Shown here in pieces: positions 24,431 through 36,751 of a stretch of DNA of 64,000 bases. Location: positions 868,001 through 932,000 of the forward strand of contig JBLDXI010000034.1 in NCBI GenBank assembly GCA_047495785.1, in the 5' to 3' direction. The translations under genes were made by a program, and so were the position numbers. Origin of the DNA: Lepidodermella squamata. Lineage: Eukaryota; Animalia; Gastrotricha. The notes beneath the pieces are model-generated. The model worked only from the letters and a program-made list of their open reading frames with translations, was not told where the DNA came from and made no database searches. Positions within the stretch are counted from its first letter, which is position 1, and each line of letters starts with the position of its first letter.

Positions 24431-25284
24431 ATTGACCAACCTGACTTTACACCATACTCTGAAGAGCTGTGGCTCTTATCATTTTGGCTATCAGATAATT
24501 TATCTATTTCCTGTTCAAATGTTTTATTTTCAAAGTTGCAAGCGTTTCCACATCATTGATTGATGAAAGGTTTCCTATGGTCAAACTTATTTAATCAGCG
24601 ATCAAATCAGAGATTTTTGAAGTGACTTTGGCTTTACCCACTACCAAACATACCGCCAATTCCGCCCCCCCCCCCCCCCAACCATTAGTTTCGTGCAGGC
24701 CTCAACGTTAATTGCGAAATCAGAGGGCAAAAAAGGACTTGTGCTCGAGCGCAAAGTCGAAATTTTTATGAATTTCAGGGCTATTGTCAAAAGCAAATTT
24801 CCGGGGTCGCCTGTGTTTCGTCCGCGCGCGCACTCCTATTGGCTGGCATGTGTGCACGCCTTGTTGCGCAATCAGTGCGCGCGCGCACAAGTATAAGCCA
24901 CAGTTATCTTCAAGTTAAAGCTAATGCAACATATATTATATTATCAATTTATTGGTCATTTATAGCATAATTTTATGAATCAATTAAAAAAATACCATCA
25001 AATTATTGCAAGCAACAGTTTCATCGCGATTAACACGCGTGGGCTCCGACTTAGCCGGGTGTGCGCGCGCCGCGGGCATGTGTGTTTGTGTATGCGTGCG
25101 CGCGCATGTCGCTAACCATAAGATGAGTCAGTATGATACCGCTGACTCTTATCTAGGTGACTTCTTATCGTTATCGTTTGAAATAAACATATTAAATATA
25201 ACGTAGCCTATTTCCAGCAAATAATTTACTTGATAAAAGGTCGACAGTTAATTCTTTGGCATCGCATCCAGCCTGGAACGGGTC

Positions 25285-26480
25285 ATGGAATCAAGGACGT
25301 ATCGATTGATATCAGAGTTTACCGTTGCTAAAATCTTGAAGGATGGCGACTTACGAAGATCTATGCTGTGCAGCCGTAATGGATGCCCTCAAGAACAAGT
25401 GGTTACCAAAGAAACTAACTTGACAAATATTCGCCAACGATATCAGGAAGACTACGACCGAATTACAGAGCTTCTCCGCGAAAGTGTGAGTTTTCGTCAA
25501 TATGCGTTGGGTATACAATTCAAAACATACCTAACAAATTATAGGTATAATAATATTCCATAAGTGCATTTGTATTGTCTGTCTTTTGTCTTTACATCTT
25601 GCATTTTAATCTGAAAAGTCAGGATTGAGTACTTGAAGTGGGATTACTCCCAAGATAATTCTGTTAACAGCCATCAGCCGTCAGCGTAGGAAGTCATGTG
25701 ATTGAATTAGATAGAATTTTCTCAATATTTTGAGGTTTCTTTTAGGTGGAGAAAGAAAAAGTCTGAAATCGATAGTTAAAAGCCATGCTTTGAAAGCGAT
25801 CTAGGAAGCTAGGAAGCAAGTATTTGTAGATGGAGTTGTGCGACGGTGGAAGGTTTGAAACCCTGATCGCTACAGAGACCAATCCCATCCCGGAAAGTAT
25901 GCTTGAAATATGGTTCCGCCAACTCGTTTCAGCTTTAACGTATCTTCACGGCCGAAGTATTGTTCATAGAAACATAACCACAAGCAATATATTGGTAACG
26001 GGAGGCCGCGGCACAGCGAAACTAGCTGACTTGGCTGACTAAAAAGAATCATCATTTGCTCATAATTGCTCGCTAATATTTGATAACTGAAACAGTGGTT
26101 CGCAAATCTTTTCTCTAGCTGCCTGGTACCCTTCTGCTCCCGAAATATTGAGCTGCAAACCGAAATCGCCTGCAAGCGATGTTTGGTCGCTGGGATTTGC
26201 AATCTTTAAATTGGCCAACTTCTATGAACCAGTATGAGTTGAACCTATGTATTATAATGCTGAGTTTTAATAATTTTCAGTTTATCTTTACGCCGGCTAT
26301 CTTAAGGTAAACTGCCAAATTTAAAGCAGCATCCTCGAGCTGAAATTTATAATTTTTTAGCAATAACCAGAAATCCTATGACGAGTCTCGCGGCTATTCT
26401 GAAGAGTTCCGCAACCTTGTGATATCGATGCTCGCCGTGTATCCCAAACTTCGACCGACCTCGATTCAGCTTTCACATGT
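25285..26480 (+). pseudogene. Pseudokinase paralogue of the 1-2560 gene, truncated, with no ankyrin exon
   Basis: MESRTYRLISEF..., MELCDGG..., HRNITTSNILVTGGRGTAKLADLAD*, SDVWSLG and YDESRGYSEEFRNLV are recognisable. The stop follows the DLA motif, the exons are degraded, and no ankyrin sequence follows. Confidence 0.75.
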
Positions 26481-27043
26481 TAGTAGTAGCTTTCTAACAT
26501 GACATGGCGTATTGTCTTCATTTCACTTTTTTCTTCAATCAGTGAACAATGTTCGAATGGCGAAGCCACGTTTAACCAAAAAATTAGTATTCGTACAATA
26601 ACGCAGTAAAATTGTCTGAAAAACGTGGCTGCGCCATGAGCCTCGGCGCTGCCCGTACATTTGAATACCATTACCTTTAACGGCTAGGAAATTCCGAGAT
26701 TATCGTAATCTCTTAAACTTGGCTTGTGCAAAACGATTGGTGCGTGAAAGTAGTGCTTCCAATGTGCGAACGTAGTTTTCCATGTGATTTCCTTGCATCA
26801 AATTTATTGATTTCTTCCTTGGCGAGCGAAAAAATGGGGCTCCATACAGTATTAGTCCCACGGAACAAATCTGCCAGGCTCATATGACCTCTGGGGAGGA
26901 TTTAAACGCAAGCAATTAATCGGCTGACATCAATAATTGTTTGCTAGGTTTGAGAGAAGCAAAAAAATACAATTAGTAATTAATTTTTCGCGTGGGCGTA
27001 ATTCGTCATGCCCGAGTGACGAATTAGCGTCACTCAAATCGCA

Positions 27044-28431
27044 ATGAGTACGAAATCTAAACAACCTTACATGGATGACTTCACAGCCTTCAGACCACTG
27101 TATATTCCGCTGAAGGCTCTCGGCCTGTTGCCCAATTGGCCTACAAGTGATAGCGATGGTCCAAGCTCCTATGCTTACAAAGGCTACGCAATAGTTATGA
27201 CTGCCATTGCTTGGATCAATGGAATACGAGTGTTTTCATTCCTTGCTTGGTCAAATACGAGCAACACACCATTATTCCGCTTGATGTATTGTACGACAAT
27301 AGCCCTCTATCAGCTTACGGCTGCAATGGTGCGATGGAATCTGTTCATTGGCAGCTGGAAGGGCAAATTTGTCCATTTCTTGGAGTTGGGAAACGTTTGC
27401 GAATCTATATGCAAGGATGAAATCATCGATGTAATACCGATTCTTAAAAAACGACGCCGATTCAACATTGCAGTCGTTATCGCGTTCGCCGTAACATTGG
27501 TTTTCAACTTCGCCCTTGTTTCCTTCCTACTCATTGAGAACCGACCCGCCTTCGGTATCATAGTAACTCCGCTCAACTACCTGATCGAAGATGAAACCAT
27601 TTGGAATTTCGCTTCGATAATTTTCTACTGCTGTTACAGTTCGATCAGCGACACTGGTCTAATATTATCCCTTGCCTTTTTCTTCGTCGCCTCTGTAAGT
27701 ATCGGATTTAAATTCCGGAACTTGTCGATTCAAATCGACGAATATTCCAAGTGCCGCGTCAGCCCTATTGAAAGCGTGGATCCACAACAGCTTCAGTGCT
27801 ATTCTGAGCTTAAATTCATTGAGCTAGTACGAGATAGGCATCTGCTTCTCGTGAAAATGGTCCGAAGACTCGATCGTGATATGGGGCTGACGATTTTCGC
27901 GACCGCCAGCTACGGCTTCATCGGCACCTTGGTCAATTTATACGAAACAGCACTGGGTGGCTTGGCAGACTCATTCTTGAAGAGTCTCGAGAGTTCTTGG
28001 TTGATATTCTCAATAGTTCTATTGGTAGCCTTTATAGGTCCGTCATCCTACATAGCCCGTTGTGCCGAACGAGTTCGAGAGAAACTGTTCAACCTTCGAT
28101 TGCATGGCAAAGGAACAGAAATGCAGATCCAGGTGACATTATTTTAATTTTTCAATCATTCAACCCCAATGTGTGTTTTCAGTTGTCGATGTTGTTGACT
28201 CAAGTTACGTCCGAGCAAGTTTGCTTCACTTACTTGGGCATGATCACCCTAAAGAGTGAAACGTTTGCCGCTGTATGTTTGACTCCTATTCCTGAATACT
28301 CCATAAATTTCTCTCTCCAGATATTTGCCGGGCTGTTGACGTATTTTCTGATCATGATCGATTACACTTCGGGAGAGAAAAGCCGCATAAGCATTGAAGC
28401 CGCGAATACCAGCAACCGCTCTTCATATTAA
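27044..28431 (+). CDS. Gustatory-receptor-like (GRL / 7TM ion channel family) protein
   Basis: Exons 27044-28132, 28183-28272 (90 bp) and 28321-28431 with phase-0 introns near the C-terminus. N-terminal PLKALGLLP and C-terminal FTYLGMITL...GLLTYFLIMIDY, a variant of the TY(h)5QF motif. Confidence 0.85.
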
Positions 28432-29005
28432 ATTGAAAATGGAAACGAGGAACGAGAACTCCATATTTAAATAAATGTGGCAGGTGGCGGTGGATTAAAT
28501 TAGGTAAAGGGTAAAGTAAAATTTCCAAAATGTTGGAGCAATATATGAAACTGAAATTCAACACTGTGACACTGTTCACTGGGGAGGATTCAATTCAGAA
28601 CCATTGTTGACAGCACGTGCGCCGCATGCACATATTGTGGTTAGAAAGAGTCCGAACCTGAATCTCAAACGGACAGTAATGTTGATTATGCTCTCGATTC
28701 CTTTAAATAATTACAGAAAATCGATGATAAAAAATCATCCAAGTTCGCTCCAAGTATCAAATTATAGCTATAGGCTATAGATAGGCATATAGAAATAAGC
28801 TGGTCAAGCGATAAGACAAACAGCTAACTGAAGGGAAATCGAAGCAGCCCCTAGTTCGCAAAAAAGACCTCCCGTTCACCCTCAAACGTGCTTATTGCCT
28901 TCTTGGACTTGTGAGCAGACCTAATTTTGAGGATGGGCAAGTATTCAACGTACGAGAGTACGTCATTCAGAAATCGTACTCTTTGAAGACCAATTCGTCA
29001 GTAAA

Positions 29006-30406
29006 ATGAATAAAAGCCTTCAGAAAAATGGATACTCAGGTGTTTGGATAATGGCTAAAATTCCCGGACGGGGCTACGACGAACCTCGGCCTTACTTCAT
29101 CGGATTCCTGCACGATCTGAGCGCTACAAGCATCAGAGAAAGACTCGGCTTCCCTATAGCCATTGGCATGTTCAGCATTCTCATCGCCATCACAACGTTC
29201 ATTAACGTGGTTGTCTACTACAAACGCAAGGTTAAACGCGACTTCCTGATCTTGACAGCGCTTCTTGGCATTAGCAATGTTGTCTTCTGCCTGCAATATT
29301 TTATTGGCATGATGATAACGGTTGGGACAGGCTTTTGGGAGGCTGACTATTATTCCTGCGCAGCTGTTATGTGGATATGTTTTACCTGCGGAAATTTCAG
29401 TTTTTTCGATATGCTTATAATAAGCTATGAACGCCGTCTTTGCATTCTATCGCTTAATCCTAATTCAACTTCAAATACCGCTAGGGTATGGCCCAATGAT
29501 GCCTTCGACAACGATCAATTCTTGTTGGTTTTTCTAGATTTTGGGTTTCTTAGCTGGACTTTTCTTACTTTGCGCCGGATTCTGGTTCACGATCACTGTT
29601 TACCCGTTTCAAAGCTTCAGTATGCAGTACGTCAGCATTCCGTCCATCGATAACGGAACAGCCAAAGCGTTTTGCTCAACGTTCGACTATCGCCTGATTG
29701 GAGATGTTGATACCTCTATGTTGTTGACAGTCTACGTCTCTTGCAGTTTAGTTGCAGTTTTCGCCGGACTCGTTTACAATTATCGGTAAAATTGACTTTA
29801 TCGAATCGCCTTGTGGGAAACTGATGTAGGATTCTATGGCTTTTTTACAAGAGAGGGGTTCAGACTGTCCCCGAACTAGCCCAAATTTCCAAAGGTTCCC
29901 ATCTCTGATTTTTTGGGTCTTGCGAACTGGGGGTAGGATTCCCCCGATTTTTCTCGGTACTTTGCGTTTGGTACTGGGTTTGAAGAATGAAGATATAATG
30001 ATATGCCTTTGTCCCTTGTCTTTTCAGGAAAATCTTTTGGACATTTCGTTCAGCTGGCATTAGAGTTGGGATGACGATTTTAACGAGTCGAAGTTCAAGG
30101 AAGAGCCAGGGCGATGACTGGCGCCGCCGAGAGATGTTCTTCGTCTACCAATCTATAGGTTCCTTCGTCGCTTTCGTTGTTTCCCACCTGCCCCTATTGT
30201 TGGATTTAGCAATACTGATGTTCTACAACGGTCCTGCCCCCGAAATACAAAGCCCATGGCTGCACAAGTTTGCATGCTCATGCATGATGGCTCAAATGGC
30301 TGTTACACCACTGATTCTGTGCTTGAGACCGAGTTTCTTGGCCGATGCTAAGGCTACACTGAGGAATTTACTCCGCCTGAATCAAGCCACCACCTGGCAG
30401 CATTAA
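29006..30406 (+). CDS. Divergent class A (rhodopsin-like) GPCR; 5' end uncertain
   Basis: Exons ~29006-29485, 29538-29785 and 30028-30406 are phase-consistent. TM1 N, TM2 LGISN, TM3 C...ISYERRLCI (DRY variant), TM6 FVVSHLP, TM7 VTPLIL. Confidence 0.8.
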
Positions 30407-33400
30407 ATACAGATCTCATTGACAGATAACTCAATCGCATTCTTGTTTGTTCCAATGTATTTTTCCAGTCCTCTAAAATCGATGATGATTATCGAGAGAT
30501 TTGAGATTAAAACTTTCCGTATTCGACCTCAGTAATGAATGTGTAAAGTTCAGACCCTATATTTAATGCTTTTTCGTCGATTTCCTCTCTTTAGATCCGC
30601 GTGGGAAAAACTCAGGGAACGTAATACTGTTATATATTATCTAGTCTTCAGACCACAAAATTTTACTTTTACAAAATAAAAAGCCGAATCGATTTAACCT
30701 TCAGCAGCACTTTAATGTTCGCTGCATGTTCGCTAAATGATTTCCGATTACTTGAAAAAAGAATGCGCAATATTAACGCTAAATAATGTCAAATGCTACG
30801 CCTCATTCACCTTCGTCACGCATCATCGATTTTTTACAGCGCAATTTTGTCACAAATTAAAGCTCAATAGGCGCATATAAATTACAGTCATAAAAAAGTA
30901 ATTCACCTAGCAATAAAAGCCTATACAGTATAAAGCGCATTGAAAGTTCCGATTTTTGGACAATTACCATCATTAATCTCTATCAACATAGCAAAGCCGT
31001 AGTAATCGATTGGTATATGCCCCAAAACGCGTTTTTCGGGGCCCTAAATATCGTTTTTTCAGCCCTCTGAATAATTCAAATTTTTTTGAATAAAAGCAGA
31101 AATTATGATATTATTTGTAGTAATATTTTTCGCGGTCACTCATGCGGAAAATTCGACATCGGGCAGCGAATCACTGATGCAGCAACTGCAAGATTCCTAC
31201 GTCACAAAATGGTGCCCAACCGTGGTCGGGCAGAGTGTCCCTAGCGAAACAGTGGCCCTGAATAACTTCACGCGACCGTTCATCCTGCAGGCGTGGATCT
31301 ACATTTTCCGCTTCATTGAAATCAACGATTTAGAGCAGCGAATGTCCCTTTTTGTTTATTCGACCTTTCAATGGAACTACCCATGCCCGAAATTTACCTG
31401 TGACCAGGTTGTCCCAAATTCGAGTCTATGCGATCTGCCCCAGAATAGGATTGAAAATCTGTATTTCCTACTACAACCTACCAATGTTTGGCATCCTTAT
31501 TTGTCCCATATTAACGCCTATGGGAATCCTAGACCTTTTGAGGAAATGTCGAGTGGCGATATAGTTTTTGTCTATCCTTTCAACAAAGACGGGCCAAGTG
31601 CTTACATTGGCTATTCAAGGCGGTTAGACACGTCGTGTACCTCATTTTCAATCCGATATTTCCCATTCGACCACCTTCAATGCTCGATGCGGTTCGAACC
31701 CGATGAAACGGTCGATTATGTCCAGATTAAGGTCAACTTTTTCGGGGTCGATGCTTCGGCTAAAATCACCCTGTTGAGTGATACTGATATTTGGGAATTG
31801 GCGTATCCTTTATCGCTGGCTCAGACCTTTACGTGGTCGGTGGAGAATGTGACGGAATCGACGGGTGTCTACTCGAGGATGGTGCTGACGAGTCGGTTTA
31901 AACGGAAGTACAATTATTATGTCGCGAATATGATGATACCGTCCTATGCAACTTATGTACTTCAAATTTGCTGTTTATTACTACCGCCCAAGCTTCCAGA
32001 TAGGTAATTAAACCTGAAATTAATTGAAATCGAATTATTAAAAAAAATTGAAAATTCGAAAATTAAAATTTCAATTTTTGTCACAAATTTAGAAATTTTG
32101 AAATTTTGAAAAATGTTAAATTTCAATTTTCGAATTTTTCGAATGGCTTGGTTTCTGAAGTTTTTTTTCTAATTTTCCTAATTTTTCAATATTTATTTCA
32201 AATTTTTCAATTTTTCCAGTTATTCATTTTGGATTTTTTCTCATTATTTTTTATATTATTTGAATTTTTTCAGGCCAACTTTTGCAATGACGGCCGTGTT
32301 AGCTAACTCGGTGCTGCTCGCCCTCGTCTTCTCCAGCATTCCTCGAACTTCCGAAACCGTCAATTTTGTCACCATGGTCGTCATTAAATTTGTCGCCGGT
32401 CTGTTCATAACACTGATAAAAATAGCCTCCTTAGTCACCTCTCTTATTCGCGTGGTCACCTTCTTTCAATAAGGCGACGGCGCTCATCAGTGCGCGCGTA
32501 TTACGATGTCTTTTTAGTCACGCACTCATTAGGTAAGATTTGCACGTAAAAGAGTGAATGACCCACTCAATAGCGCGCAACAATATAGCTGTCGCCTTCG
32601 CGCGACGTGCGCGCGCGCAATGGTCGCGCACTAGTCTGCGCACTTCGGTTCTATTGCATTTATTATCTTATCCCCTCAATTTCAATTTCTAATTTCGTGG
32701 ACGAATATTTAAGCGAGGCGCCTCTGATTTTCCTTTTTTTGTTGTTTTAGAATTTTGTGACGTCTAGGCATTATTAAAACTCGTCATTCATGTGGATCAT
32801 GCTAATTGATTCATGTAGATGCGGTTGTTGACTATATTACTTTATTAACAAATATTAGTTGAATTTTACCGCAGCGTTTTAGATCAATTAGCGTTGCGAA
32901 GATCGTGGTTTAGCTGCCATCCACGCTTTTGCATTGCGTGCGCACGGTTATTATTTCCGCGGCAAAATTCGCGGCCAAAAGTGGTCATGATTTTCACAAT
33001 TTTGCAAGATTTTATTATAGCGGGCGGCGGGTTCATAGGTCATATGAGATAATGCGGCCGAAAGGGGACTGGTCGGCCGACGTCATGAAATATGAGCGGA
33101 AATTAATTAAGGCGCTGAATTACCGGATTTTTTCCATAGCGGCCAACATTTTAAGTATACCCATGTTCAAAATATTAAAATTCTTGATTAAATGTTTTTT
33201 TTTAAATCCGCTTATTTTTTTAATTGGCTTGGCCTCTCAAATATGGGCTACTACCAACAAGCGGCGGATATTAGGGACTGAAATGTTAATGAAAAATGTG
33301 AAAACTGGTTAATTCATTCTTCCTAAACGTCGTATTCGCCTGCTGTTATTTATCACTTTGCTGAACGTCAGTCCCAAATTTTTTCACAATTTTTTACGCG

Positions 33401-34168
33401 CGTTGAGTGTCTCCGTGCTGCGGTTGGTTAACTTGTTTATTCGAATGCACACAGCAAGCTTGGTAAACCTTTATTTGTTTTATAAAACTTTACTAATCGA
33501 GGTGACGCGTTACATGGTGGCTGTAGTTTTTATCACCTATGACCTGCCGTTTTTGATACCTTTCAGTTATCCGCTGGTGTCACTTTTGCTTTCAATAATA
33601 TTCGGTCATAGGTCCTAGAACCATGTTTTAGTATTCATACCGCGCTGTTGTTGAATACTTAGATAAAATCGGCGTCGTATGATTTATCATGGCCGCGGTT
33701 CGCCGCCTCGCTCCTCGCCCTCTCGCCTCTCGCACGATGCGCTGTAACGCCTTTCATCCTATCGCTCAAATATCAGGCCGCGCCGGGTCCACAATGCGCA
33801 CGCAAAGCCACAGGTGGGCGATTATCTCGTCGCGGTCGTGGGAGTTGGGCGGAGCTTAGTTTAACGCTGCTATTTGATGACGCGACTGACCTTGTAACTA
33901 GTGACCATTAGCGGCATTTCTAGTTTTCAGTGCTTTCACCCACCCAGTAGAACGAGTCTCAGGTGCAAACGCTATCCCCGCTCGCATCCACCTTAAATTT
34001 GTTACCAACCATGAATTATAACTTGGAAATCACCCCCTGTAAAGATTGTTTTGTTGCCTGTTAGTTAACATTTTTGCGCGTTTATCATTATTTCCAACCA
34101 TGAATTTAATTTTTATTGTTTCCGTTATTTATAGAGGAAATTGTTTTTGCATAACCAGTATTAGCGAC

Positions 34169-36037
34169 ATGGTTGATTACGTCGCCATTGCCACTGGGCT
34201 TGTGGACGAAGCTGGTGTTGATAACCCGGATTACCGGGCCGCACTCATCAACGTCTTTAGCGGTAATTTCGGTTTTTTTTAATGTTCTAGTAACGCGGGT
34301 TTCATATAAAAGTTGCGCCCTAATAAATTTTTTTAAAGCTTATTGATTGTAATTAATTTCACATGGTGAGCCGCCCTAAATTTTCAAATTTTTTAGTTTC
34401 CCCTTGAGTTTCACAACCGAAAAAAATTACGGGAATTTGTTTACCTTACTTTACAGCGTGTCCCTGAAGTTGAGCAAATATTTTAAATTCATCAACTTTT
34501 TGTCGGAAATTTAACCAATTATTTTATTTTTAACCCACCGAGAGTATATCGTCTTTTATCCTCGATTTAACCGAAGAAGTAAAAAATTTACCGGAAAAAC
34601 CCGAAAAACCCCGTTGACACTGGTTATTTTTTGTGTTCGTTATTTTTCGTTGTTTTTTCGTTTTTCGTTGTTTTCGTCATTTTTCGAATTTTTCCAACAT
34701 ATTTTTGGCCACAATCGAAAGAAAAGTGCTAACTTTGAGCCGTGAAAACATTTGAATGGGGAATCCTGGCGGGCCAAATTTTCTAGAACAGGTACAAGGC
34801 ATGGCTAACGCCAGGTAAAATGTGGCTCTTATTCAACCCTGATTTTTGGCTTTTTAAGGATTGTTTTTTGATTATTGGGCATGTTATGGCCCAATTTTAT
34901 TACTCAGTAGTAATAATAACTGAATAATATCTGTGATAATTTCAGTGCTCTAATTTATCTTCAATAATTTCAGAACAATTGCTTGACCGAACAACCATAT
35001 CGGCGTTGACGCCGGAGTACATCTCGCAGATTTTCCCACTGATCGCGCACCGTATCGCGTGCCAGCTAGTTGTCGATGCAGCAAAGCGACCGCAGGAACC
35101 CATGGCGGGTGAAAACATGAAGCCACAGGTCTGTAGCTCATTTTCGATTTTTTTCCGAAAAATTGAAACTAGATTTTGCATTCAGGATGAGCCCGTTAAT
35201 ATTTCCATTACGTTGGAGTCGATGAAAAATTCGCACCCGTCTCTCTATCGCGAGTGGGTGGCTGGAACCCTATTCACCACCTACAAGACTCTAGTGCGAT
35301 TCACATGCGAGGAACTACTTCGGCAAAACCCGGGACGCCGCTTCGACCGGGGCGATTATGCGTTTGCGCTTAATGTGGTTAAGACGTTGTGGCGTCGAAC
35401 GCACCAGGACCGCGCCGGAATGCTGCTCGACTCGGCTGACCATCAGGTTTGTCAAGATTATTGGATTATCATCAATTTCGCATTTTTAATACTCAAGAAA
35501 AGCGAAATTTATTAAAAAAAAATTTTGAAATTGAGGATAAAAAATTTTGAAATTAAAATTAAAATTAAAATTTTGAAATTAAAATTAAAATTTTGAAATT
35601 AAAATTAAAATTAAAATTTTGAAATTAAAATTAAAATTAAAATTTTGAAATTATCGGGCCGTTCATTTTAAAATTTTAAAATTAAAATTGACATTTTAAA
35701 ATTGAATTGAAATTTTTTGAAATTGGAATGTTTTTTCTTCTAGAAAATGTTTCGCTCATCAGTCGCCAAGGCGTGTTCCAACCGGAAGTACGTAAAGCGG
35801 CAAAAACAGCGGGCTCTCGCGGCACGCAACGTCGCCGATGAAGATGAAGCCGAAGAACACGCCAACGAAAACCCGGTCGAAAACCCGGTCGAAAACCCGG
35901 TCGAAAACGATGACGACGATCGAATCCAGGACCGAGACTACATATTTGACGACCTGGAAGGCCAGCATCAACCAGTTGTCATCGACGCAGACGCCGCGGT
36001 ACGAACTCCGGCAGTCGAAACTCGGCCCCGCACCTAA
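34169..36037 (+). CDS. Transposon accessory protein with an N-terminal SAM-like domain and an acidic/Pro-rich tail
   Basis: Exons 34169-34262, 34974-35128, 35186-35446 and 35744-36037 are phase-consistent. YRAALINVFSEQLLDRTTISALTPEYISQIFPLIAHRI resembles a SAM domain. The frame stays open past the TAA to 36295. Confidence 0.65.
35520..35720. repeat. AT-rich intronic simple repeat (TTAAAA/TTTTGAAA)
   Basis: Directly visible in the sequence. Confidence 0.85.
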
Positions 36038-36112
36038 CCGGCCTCAACTCAACCGGCCGCAGCTCAACCGGCCCCAACTCAACCGGCCCCAACTCAACCG
36101 GCCCCAACTCAA
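36038..36112 (+). repeat. 15-bp tandem repeat x5 (PAPTQ)
   Basis: CCGGCCCCAACTCAA units. Confidence 0.9.
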
Positions 36113-36751
36113 CATCCAGCAGCAGCGACCACCCCAATCGTTGCAACAAAACGATCGGCGTCACCGTCATCGACTCGTTCGCCCAAGCGCCTTCCTTCGC
36201 GTGTCATTGGCGCGAGTTCTTCAGCAACTCCGACAGTAACTCCGAAACCCGCGACAAAATCGACTCGAAACTCGACCCGGTCACGTGTGAATTAACGTAG
36301 AAAACGCTTTTTGTTATATTCGAAAATTTTTAATAATTGTTCACCAAAAACCTGCCATTCTTTGTTCAAGCGTACTGCGAAAAGTTTCGATGGATTTTCA
36401 TGCTAAACTGTCCGTGTTCATGTATCGAAATCAATCTCTTTAAAAATGTATTGTAATTTGTGATGAAATTTGCCGATGATCTTGCGGTGTACAATATTTG
36501 TTGTTGCTATTGGTTGCTATTGCTACAGTCATTTTTTTACTGTTACATGAATTAAAATTTTCTGATTTTCGATTTGTTTCCGAATGATGAGCGATGATTT
36601 AATCCTTGTTTGTTGTTTTAATTAAAGCGAGAATAGCATTGAATTTTGTTGAATTTTTAACTTACGGGGATTATAAATAAATTCGTGAGTGTGTAATTTT
36701 TGCTACGTCTAATGAAGTATTGGAAATTTAAAAATAATTTATCCGTAGGAT

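Noticed and set aside
32106-32306. Phe-rich hydrophobic ORFs here and at 42096-42404
   Set aside because: They are translations of AT-rich introns.
35838-36239. ORF with NRPQL repeats
   Set aside because: It is an alternative frame of the transposon accessory gene's PAPTQ and ENPV repeats.
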